From NCBI RefSeq assembly GCF_947502415.1, contig NZ_CANMZV010000016.1:37687-61686 (forward strand): 24,000 bases of DNA, in the 5' to 3' direction. This document shows positions 7,627 through 14,767 of the stretch, in pieces (the stretch's first letter is position 1; every line of letters begins with the position of its first letter). A program made the position numbers and the translations under genes. The notes under the pieces are model-generated. The model was not told the DNA's origin. It searched no databases and was given only the letters and a program-made list of their open reading frames with translations. Source of the stretch: an uncultured Photobacterium sp. Its GTDB lineage: Bacteria > Pseudomonadota > Gammaproteobacteria > Enterobacterales > Vibrionaceae.

Positions 7627-7986
7627 ATGAAAAAGATTGGTATTGCAGGACTACAACGCGAGCAAATCAAAGAACAAATTGATATGGCATCACCCGGCCA
7701 ATTTGAATGCCACATCCTCAATGACATGGATGCTGCAATGAAAGTGAAATCTGGCGAGCTTGATTACTACATCGGTTGTTGTAACACCGGCGCAGGCGCT
7801 GCGCTGTCCATCGCTATCGCTATTATTGGCTTCACCCAGAGCTGCACTATTGCCAAACCAGCAATAAAAGCCAAACAAGATGAAGTTCAACGCTTCATTG
7901 ACGAAGGCAAAGTAGCCTTCGGCTTATCCGTTGAACATATTGAACACGCAGTCCCCATGCTCGTCACTTCACTCGCTAATAAATAA
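7627..7986 (+). CDS. yhfU: YhfU-like protein (DUF2620 family)
   Basis: 119 aa with the motif MKKIGIAGLQREQIK...DYYIGCCNTGAGAALSIAIA. It sits between php and the yhfT-like membrane gene, as in E. coli. Confidence 0.7.
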   Translation: MKKIGIAGLQREQIKEQIDMASPGQFECHILNDMDAAMKVKSGELDYYIGCCNTGAGAALSIAIAIIGFTQSCTIAKPAIKAKQDEVQRFIDEGKVAFGLSVEHIEHAVPMLVTSLANK

Positions 7987-7995
7987 GGCTATCAC

Positions 7996-9297
7996 ATGGA
8001 CATAATGCAAATCGGCTTAGTTGCCACGCTCTGTGCCATGACGGCACTTATCGCCAACATGAGCGCTTCTGTCTTCCATGACGGGATACGCCCAATACTG
8101 CCACAGCTGGTCGAAGGAAACATGACACGACGCGATGCCGGTTCTGTGGCTTTCGGCTTGTCGATCGGCTTTGTTGCCTCTGTCGGGATATCTTTCACCT
8201 TGTCGACAGGACTGCTCAACCCCTGGCTGCTATTCCTTCCTACCGATATCATCGGAGTCATGCTCGGAAGCCGATTACTTGCGGCGATTGGAGGTGGTTT
8301 ATGGGGCGTTCTTGTCGTCACCTCACTCAGTGGTGTTAATGCCGTATTAACCGGGTTACCTATAGACGCTCTGGGTGCGCTGGGCGAGCTTGGTACACCA
8401 GTCATGACCGCTTTTGCCTTGTTCCCGCTACTGGCTATTTTCTACCAATTTGGCTGGAAAGCAGGAGCTCTAGCCAGTGCCGTCGTTCTGGTATCTCGGT
8501 TACTGATCATAAAATATACGGGCATCTATCCAGAATCTATCCAGATTTTTGTTGGTATGGTAATGCTTGTCGGAACCGCCATCCATAAAGACATCCAAAA
8601 CAAAAATAACGGGATCAATCCACCCGATATGTCCGGCATGCATAGCCTGTTTGAAGAGCGCACCAAGCGAATCATGAAGAACATGCCATTTCTGGCTGCA
8701 ACAGGTGCACTCATCGCAATCGTGGCCAATGCGGGTATTTTTGCCGGCTCAGAAGTCTCTATTTATTCTCTGGCTGACGCATACAAAATCGCCGACCCAA
8801 TTGAGCAAGATGCCGCAATCAAACAAGTCGCTCTTTCTGAATTCATGCGCGGCCTTGGCTTTGTGCCACTCATCGCCACAACAGCACTGGCTACCGGGGT
8901 ATACGGTGTCGTCGGTATGACCTTTGTGTTCGTCGTCGGCTACCTGGCGCCAAACATTCCCGTTGCAGCCTTGCTCGGCGCAATCACTATCTGCATTGAA
9001 ATTGTCCTGCTTCGTAAAATTGGCCACTTCCTGGAGCAATTCCCATCGATCCGCAACGCTTCGGATAACATTCGAAACTCAATGAATACCCTGATGGAGT
9101 TTGCATTACTGATTGGCGGAGTGCTGGCTGTAATGAAAATGGGATCAACAACCGGCCTGACCATCTTCACTGTTCTGTTCTTCCTTAACGAAGTCATGGG
9201 ACGCCCGATCCTCAAAATCGCAGCACCGGCGGTTGCCGCCATCCTAACCGGTATTGCACTGAATGTGCTGTACGTATTCGGTCTGTTCGCTATCTAG
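7996..9297 (+). CDS. yhfT: YhfT-like polytopic inner-membrane protein, putative transporter
   Basis: 433 aa, highly hydrophobic with roughly 10 or more predicted TM segments. Its size and context match YhfT. Confidence 0.75.
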   Translation: MDIMQIGLVATLCAMTALIANMSASVFHDGIRPILPQLVEGNMTRRDAGSVAFGLSIGFVASVGISFTLSTGLLNPWLLFLPTDIIGVMLGSRLLAAIGGGLWGVLVVTSLSGVNAVLTGLPIDALGALGELGTPVMTAFALFPLLAIFYQFGWKAGALASAVVLVSRLLIIKYTGIYPESIQIFVGMVMLVGTAIHKDIQNKNNGINPPDMSGMHSLFEERTKRIMKNMPFLAATGALIAIVANAGIFAGSEVSIYSLADAYKIADPIEQDAAIKQVALSEFMRGLGFVPLIATTALATGVYGVVGMTFVFVVGYLAPNIPVAALLGAITICIEIVLLRKIGHFLEQFPSIRNASDNIRNSMNTLMEFALLIGGVLAVMKMGSTTGLTIFTVLFFLNEVMGRPILKIAAPAVAAILTGIALNVLYVFGLFAI

Positions 9298-9308
9298 TTA
9301 ACGGGTAA

Positions 9309-9376
9309 AAGAGCCAGTCTGACTTCCCCTTCCACAATCATGGTGACGTAATGGTTACCCTTGTGGACTGGCTCTT
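9309..9376 (+). other. Structured intercistronic inverted repeat between the yhfT-like and yhfX-like genes
   Basis: AAGAGCCAGT (9309-9318) pairs with ACTGGCTCTT (9367-9376). An inner stem pairs CCACAA (9332-9337) with TTGTGG (9361-9366). The 5' side carries an asymmetric bulge of about 13 nt. No U-tract follows. Confidence 0.5.
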
Positions 9377-9399
9377 ATCGTCATTAAAAAGGTGCTTAT

Positions 9400-10578
9400 A
9401 TGTTTCTAAATACGTTAATACAACAAAATCCGGCACTGATTGACGGAGCCATTAAGCTGCTTGAAGATGGGTCGATCCTGCCCGATACCTATGTCATCGA
9501 TGTCGACCAGTTCAAAGAAAATGCCCGTTTAATAAAAGACAAAGCCGATAGTTATGGCATTCATCTCTATGGCATGACCAAACAATTTGGCCGAAATCCA
9601 ATGTTAGCAAAAATGCTTGTCGATGAACTGGGATACGATGGTATTGTCTGCGTCGATTTCAAAGAGGCCCGGCAACTTCACAAAGCCGGAGTGAAAATTG
9701 GCCACATAGGCCACTTAGTTCAACCTCCGAGTCGCTACATTCCTTTTATCGTTTCCGAGATCAAACCAGAAGTCATCACTGTTTATTCCATTGAAAAAGC
9801 ACGAGAGGTTTCAGCCGCTGCTCAACAGGCCAACCGAACCCAAGGCATACTGCTGAAGTTCTTCCGTTCCAGTGATCAGCTGTACCCTAACCAGGAAGCA
9901 GGCTTTCCCATCGAATCACTCGAAGGGGTCATTTCCCAAATTTCTGCCCTACCGAACCTTCATATTTCGGGACTGACCCATTTTCCCTGCTTCCTCTATA
10001 ACCCTAAAACACATAGTACTGAGCCAACACCGAATATCAAGACACTATACGCGGCTAAACAACAAGCTGACGAACTGGGTTACCGTTTCACTCAACTCAA
10101 TTCCCCTTCAGCAACCTGCTGCGAAACCATACCGAATATTAAGCACTTCTCCGGAACGCACGGTGAACCGGGTCATGCCCTGACCGGAACCATTCCTGCC
10201 AATCTGGATGGCAGTCAGCCGGAAAAGATCGCCATGCTGTATATCAGCGAAGTCTCGCACCATTTCGGGAGAAAAAGTTATTGCTACGGTGGCGGCTATT
10301 ACAGCCGAAGCCAATTAACCAGTGCACTAATCCGAGAACAAATACAGGCCGAAACCAAAGATACGATCGTCAATATCAGCAACGGGGATGAATCCAATAT
10401 CGACTATTACCTACAGTTCGATTCGCCCTGCGCTATTGGGACTCCTGTCGTCATGGCCTTTCGCACACAAGTTTTTGTTACACGAAGTGATGTTGCTCTT
10501 GTCGAGGGACTATCAAGCAATGCTCCGAAGCTGCTTGGTTTATTCGATGCACAAGGTAATGAGGTGATACATGGCTAA
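9400..10578 (+). CDS. yhfX: YhfX-like PLP-dependent enzyme (alanine-racemase N-terminal fold family)
   Basis: 392 aa. The N-terminal TIM-like region and C-terminal beta domain are arranged as in alanine racemase or ornithine decarboxylase fold type III. AAGGTG RBS is present. The gene overlaps the next gene by 8 nt. Confidence 0.65.
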   Translation: MFLNTLIQQNPALIDGAIKLLEDGSILPDTYVIDVDQFKENARLIKDKADSYGIHLYGMTKQFGRNPMLAKMLVDELGYDGIVCVDFKEARQLHKAGVKIGHIGHLVQPPSRYIPFIVSEIKPEVITVYSIEKAREVSAAAQQANRTQGILLKFFRSSDQLYPNQEAGFPIESLEGVISQISALPNLHISGLTHFPCFLYNPKTHSTEPTPNIKTLYAAKQQADELGYRFTQLNSPSATCCETIPNIKHFSGTHGEPGHALTGTIPANLDGSQPEKIAMLYISEVSHHFGRKSYCYGGGYYSRSQLTSALIREQIQAETKDTIVNISNGDESNIDYYLQFDSPCAIGTPVVMAFRTQVFVTRSDVALVEGLSSNAPKLLGLFDAQGNEVIHG

Positions 10579-11830
10579 ATTTATTGTCGTGGTATTAGAT
10601 GGTTTTGGCATTGGTGAAATGCCGGATGTTGCAACAGTCCGCCCACAAGATCTGGGCGCCAATACGGCAGGAAAACTACTGAATCATTTTCCGCTCAAAA
10701 GGCTCCCGACACTGGAAAAACTAGGGCTAATCAATATTGTCGGCGCAACTAACTCGGTGATGAACCTCGCTCCAGACGCAAACTGGGGAAAATCAAAGCT
10801 CGCTCACTACGGATGTGACACTTTCATGGGTCACCAGGAAATCATGGGCACACACCCCAAGCCGCCCATGATCAAACCGTTTCAGCAATCCATTGATGAT
10901 ATAGAAGAAGCGCTCAATCTAGCCGGCTATCAAGTTGAGCGAATCAGCCGGAAACAACTGCAATTACTGATGGTCAATGGCAGTGTTGTAATCGGTGATA
11001 ACCTTGAAGCCGATCTGGGTCAAGTCTATAACCTGACAGCGAATTTCGGCCAGATCAGTTTCGATGACGTCAAAAAAATCGGACAAGTAGTTCGTTCTGC
11101 CAATGCGGTAAGTCGCAATATCGCTTTTGGTGGATTCGTCCCGACAATACAGAACATCCTGAATGCCATAGAAACCAAAACCGATAAAAGTGGCAAGGAA
11201 TTGTATATCGGTGTCAATGCGCCCGATTCCGGTACTTACGACAATGGATTCCAGGTTGTCCACCTTGGCTATGGTGTCAATGCCAAAACCCAAGTGCCCT
11301 ATCAGCTGAATCAAGCAGGTATTCATACTTACCTCTACGGTAAAGTTGCCGATATTGTCCAGAACGACACCGGCACATCTTTTACCTCTGTCGTTGATAC
11401 CGATCGAGTTTTCGAACTGCTAATCAATGATCTGCACCAATACGATAAAGGTTTTTTCTGCGCCAATGTGCAGGAAACTGATCTCTCCGGCCACCAGCAG
11501 GATCCCAAGCGCTACTGGACAATTTTAGAAAAAGCAGATCGGGGATTAGCTTCGGTAATCGCTGAGATGGAGCAAGGGGATATGCTGGTTGTCATGGCCG
11601 ACCATGGTAATGACCCATTCATCGGCCATACCAAACATACCCGAGAACAAGTGCCGTTGATGGTCTATAGCCCCGGAGTAAAAGGCGTTCAGCTCGATAC
11701 CTGCGAAACGATGGCCGATATTGGTGCCAGCGTCGCAGCTTACTTTGGCGCCCCTTTCCCAGAATTCGGTTGTCCGGTGATAGCAACGAAAATCAAGAGG
11801 GCAACCCCCACACTCTCAGAAGCGTTCTAA
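10571..11830 (+). CDS. yhfW: YhfW-like phosphopentomutase-family metalloenzyme
   Basis: The N-terminus (KFIVVVLDGFGIGEMPD) and the ADHGNDP motif are typical of the DeoB/phosphopentomutase (alkaline phosphatase superfamily) group. 419 aa. Confidence 0.8.
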   Translation: MAKFIVVVLDGFGIGEMPDVATVRPQDLGANTAGKLLNHFPLKRLPTLEKLGLINIVGATNSVMNLAPDANWGKSKLAHYGCDTFMGHQEIMGTHPKPPMIKPFQQSIDDIEEALNLAGYQVERISRKQLQLLMVNGSVVIGDNLEADLGQVYNLTANFGQISFDDVKKIGQVVRSANAVSRNIAFGGFVPTIQNILNAIETKTDKSGKELYIGVNAPDSGTYDNGFQVVHLGYGVNAKTQVPYQLNQAGIHTYLYGKVADIVQNDTGTSFTSVVDTDRVFELLINDLHQYDKGFFCANVQETDLSGHQQDPKRYWTILEKADRGLASVIAEMEQGDMLVVMADHGNDPFIGHTKHTREQVPLMVYSPGVKGVQLDTCETMADIGASVAAYFGAPFPEFGCPVIATKIKRATPTLSEAF

Positions 11831-11936
11831 CAGCGTGACAAATTTAACGGGCGATCTGATTCATTTGCCTTTCGAATAACACGTAACACCAATAACAAAA
11901 AAACATTACCTACTGTATCCTACCAAGGAGATAAAA

Positions 11937-14120
11937 ATGACATTCAAGAAGACCATAACCGTGGCAATTGCGCTGGCTTTAGCTCCCGCAGCCTTTGCCT
12001 CAAACGGCGGTATGCAAGACTTTCTCGATAGTTTGAGAGACTTTGAATCAGGCATAAACCCGAGCCTGAGCACTTTCTACTACGACAACCTAGACAACCC
12101 CGTATTCACCTATGCCAAAGTTACAAAACCAGGTCGCTTAGTCCGGGATTGTGCTACCGGTATGATGATATCGGAGCCAACCACCATCAATCAGTTTTTC
12201 CAGAAACTCGGCATCGACGACATCTACAACCCTGCCACTCCACACAACCGCGACATGTTCCGTTCAATGCAATACAACTCAATGAATGCATGGGGCTTTG
12301 TCGGCTATCAGCTAGGTGAAGCCGTACTTATTGATGCCGGCTACTACAGCCCCAATACTGTGACCATCGACGGTAAAAAATATGACAGCTTCTACATGTT
12401 TGTTCCTGATTCCACATGGATAGGATGTAAAACCGAGGCGCTTTCAGAAATTCCAGGATCGGGCGGCAATCAGGTTTACGTCACTGATACAAACCGCTGG
12501 GAAGGTAAGTTTGTCGGTAAAAACGGCATAAATAACTTCAACGACTTGTTACTACCTGAAAAACAGGAACTAGTGATCCGGGATGCAATGCATTTCAACT
12601 ATAAGATCATTTCTAAATTGCTGTCAGATGCCAATATGACCTGGGAGCAAGCCCTTTCGAAAAGCTGGCCAGATAAAGATGACAACGGCCAACCAATTCA
12701 GGTACAGGCAACGATGTCAGGTATCCTGGCTGCAGCACACTTACGTGGAGCCTGGGGTACTGGCGCACTTCTGACCAAAGATAAAATTACCTGCGATGAA
12801 ATAGGAACTTGCATCACCAAGTATGTACATAAATTTGGTGACTACGATACCCTATTTGATGTACCGGGAGACAGCACTACTCACGGTTCCATCTATGATG
12901 AAGTACTTACTGCCGGTTGGGGCAATGACACCGTCATTACCGGCGGCGGCAACAACCAAATACTGCTAAACGAGCAAAACGGTTCGACAACAACCATTAC
13001 CGATTTTGTTCTTAACAAAGATCTAATCATTCTACGTGGATGGAAAGCGGCAGATCCGCTAGCATCCCTTACAGTGACTGATGCTAACGGCAACAGTGAA
13101 TTGCAGTTTGCCGGACAAACAGTGGTACTTAAAGGCGTTGCTGCTAAAGATGTACAGGCAAACCCATCAGCTGTTATCGAAAAGTCAGATGTTTACACAC
13201 TGGCTTGGAACACCGGCAAGCAAGTCGTTGAAGGCTTCAACCCTGCAGTTGATAAAATTGAAGGTAGTGCAGGCATCGGCTTCAAACACCTTAAAGCCTA
13301 TGAAACAGAAAGATCTGTCATCATTGGTCCACAGGCAGAAGATGGCGGAATTTATGCCTCTTATGAGCTAGTAGGACTAACATTGGCAGATCTTACACCA
13401 GAGATGTTTGTTAACATCACCGGTGGGTACGACCGCCTTGGTTACATTGTTCCACTTAACCACATTAACTGGGGTTGGAACATGATGCTGACTGTCAAAA
13501 CTTTTGACGTCAAAAAAACTGTCCTCACAGTACCAAGCAATCAACCAGTTCCATTCTCAGCCCTCAAACTGACCCAAGAAGGCGCCAATGTCGTTATTAC
13601 GCTGCTAGAACCCTATGCCAAAGGTGATAAGAAGAAGATTGTTCTCCATAACACTGATGTCAAACTACTTAGTGCAGCTAATTTCTCGGGCTTCTCAGGT
13701 AACTACAGTGAAGCCACAACCGACATTTCTGTAATGTTCGATATTAGCGTATCTGTTGATGGTTCTGGTGGTACGATTTCTCCAGTTCCTGGCGTTGATG
13801 GGGTTTTGCAGGCTAAAGGTGGCTCAGACTTCGTCATCAACTTTATCCCTGATGCTGGATATAAAGTGAAATCAATTGTTGTTGACGGTATTACTTATCC
13901 GGCAGCAAACTCCTACACCTTCTCTGCGGTAAAAGGCAACCACCAACTGAGTGTAAGCTTCGAACAAGGATCATCCTGCCCGGCCCTTTGGGATAGTAAT
14001 GCCGTATATGTCGGTGGAGATCGCGTAACATACGAGGGGAGAATATACCAAGCAAGCTGGTGGACTAAAGGGAATAAACCTGACTTAGGAGGCCCTTGGA
14101 AACCTGTTGGCAATTGTTAA
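11937..14120 (+). CDS. Secreted multidomain protein: unassigned N-terminal ~300 aa, RTX-like Gly/Asp segment, InlB-B-repeat-like domain, C-terminal CBM5/12 chitin-binding module
   Basis: Sec signal peptide (MTFKKTITVAIALALAPAAFA|SNG). GWGNDTVITGGGNNQILL resembles Ca-binding RTX nonapeptides. GGTISPVPG...GYKVKSIVVDGITY...SVSFE fits the divergent InlB B-repeat pattern. The C-terminal WDSNAVYVGGDRVTYEGRIYQASWWTKGNKPDLGGPWKPVG is a classic CBM5/12 pattern. Strong AAGGAG RBS. Confidence 0.8.
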   Translation: MTFKKTITVAIALALAPAAFASNGGMQDFLDSLRDFESGINPSLSTFYYDNLDNPVFTYAKVTKPGRLVRDCATGMMISEPTTINQFFQKLGIDDIYNPATPHNRDMFRSMQYNSMNAWGFVGYQLGEAVLIDAGYYSPNTVTIDGKKYDSFYMFVPDSTWIGCKTEALSEIPGSGGNQVYVTDTNRWEGKFVGKNGINNFNDLLLPEKQELVIRDAMHFNYKIISKLLSDANMTWEQALSKSWPDKDDNGQPIQVQATMSGILAAAHLRGAWGTGALLTKDKITCDEIGTCITKYVHKFGDYDTLFDVPGDSTTHGSIYDEVLTAGWGNDTVITGGGNNQILLNEQNGSTTTITDFVLNKDLIILRGWKAADPLASLTVTDANGNSELQFAGQTVVLKGVAAKDVQANPSAVIEKSDVYTLAWNTGKQVVEGFNPAVDKIEGSAGIGFKHLKAYETERSVIIGPQAEDGGIYASYELVGLTLADLTPEMFVNITGGYDRLGYIVPLNHINWGWNMMLTVKTFDVKKTVLTVPSNQPVPFSALKLTQEGANVVITLLEPYAKGDKKKIVLHNTDVKLLSAANFSGFSGNYSEATTDISVMFDISVSVDGSGGTISPVPGVDGVLQAKGGSDFVINFIPDAGYKVKSIVVDGITYPAANSYTFSAVKGNHQLSVSFEQGSSCPALWDSNAVYVGGDRVTYEGRIYQASWWTKGNKPDLGGPWKPVGNC

Positions 14121-14150
14121 TTTATCAACCTCTATAACCAAATAGAATAT

Positions 14151-14182
14151 ATGGTCGCGATATTTTGTCGCGACCATTTTTT
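14151..14182 (+). terminator. Rho-independent terminator
   Basis: A perfect 10-bp stem, ATGGTCGCGA (14151-14160) with TCGCGACCAT (14168-14177), followed by TTTTTT. Confidence 0.85.
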
Positions 14183-14334
14183 GTTAGTCCAGACTAAAGG
14201 AAAAAAATAAAAACAAACCTCATAAACAACATAAAAGTTCATTCTAGATTAAGGTGCAAATATTACACCACCTAACAAATGTAATACTTACAAACATATC
14301 AAAACAAGTGGAATTTAATTCACAAAAACATATA

Positions 14335-14348
14335 TTCAAAATATTGAG
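14335..14348. promoter_or_regulatory. Candidate operator dyad TTCAA-AATA-TTGAG (one arm mismatch) upstream of the PTS operon
   Basis: 13/14 identical to 5400-5413. The extended segment 14334-14359 matches 5399-5424 at 23/26 positions. Confidence 0.45.
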
Positions 14349-14378
14349 GATAAGAATATGTGAGCGCAAACATTTATT

Positions 14379-14392
14379 TTCAATATTTTGAA
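14379..14392. promoter_or_regulatory. Candidate operator dyad TTCAA-TATT-TTGAA upstream of the PTS operon (inverted copy)
   Basis: The exact reverse complement of the 14-mer at 5400-5413. It is 44 bp centre-to-centre from the 14335-14348 site and about 54 nt upstream of the IIB start. Confidence 0.5.
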
Positions 14393-14445
14393 AATTAATA
14401 TTCATATGTACCCTAACCTATTAAAGAAATACAAGGATGACCACT

Positions 14446-14757
14446 ATGAATATATTCCTATGCTGCTCCGCAGGCATGTCTACCAGTATGCTGGTAAAAA
14501 AAATGCAAGATGCAGCCAAGAGCCAAGGTATCGAATGTTCTATTAACGCTTATTCTATTTCTGAGTTTGAACCAGCCCTTGCTGAAAATGATGTCTGCCT
14601 GGTTGCCCCTCAGGTTAAATTCCAATATGAACAGTTTAAATCCAGAGCAGAAGAAAAAGGCAAAGCATGCGGACTTATTGAAATGATGGATTACGGCATG
14701 ATGAAAGGTGACGTCATTCTTAAGCAAGCTGTAGAACTCTACAACTCAATAAAGTAA
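14446..14757 (+). CDS. PTS lactose/cellobiose-family EIIB component
   Basis: MNIFLCCSAGMSTSMLVKKMQ contains the phospho-Cys loop typical of ChbB/CelA-type IIB. The ORF track starts at 14437. I prefer the ATG at 14446 because AAGGA lies 8 nt upstream of it. Confidence 0.9.
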   Translation: MNIFLCCSAGMSTSMLVKKMQDAAKSQGIECSINAYSISEFEPALAENDVCLVAPQVKFQYEQFKSRAEEKGKACGLIEMMDYGMMKGDVILKQAVELYNSIK

Positions 14758-14767
14758 GGAATACATA

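Noticed and set aside
7992-9242. Several 67-137-aa ORFs antisense to, or out of frame with, the yhfT-like gene (7992-8405, 8135-8350, 8526-8729, 8705-8920, 8749-9039, 8940-9242)
   Set aside because: They lie entirely inside a long, coherent membrane-protein ORF. Their compositions are Pro/Ser/Arg-rich and look like noise, and they have no RBS. They are shadow ORFs.
14406-14540. Short out-of-frame ORF starting at the ATG at 14406 and overlapping the PTS IIB start
   Set aside because: It has no RBS, overlaps a strongly supported gene in another frame, and its translation is not protein-like.
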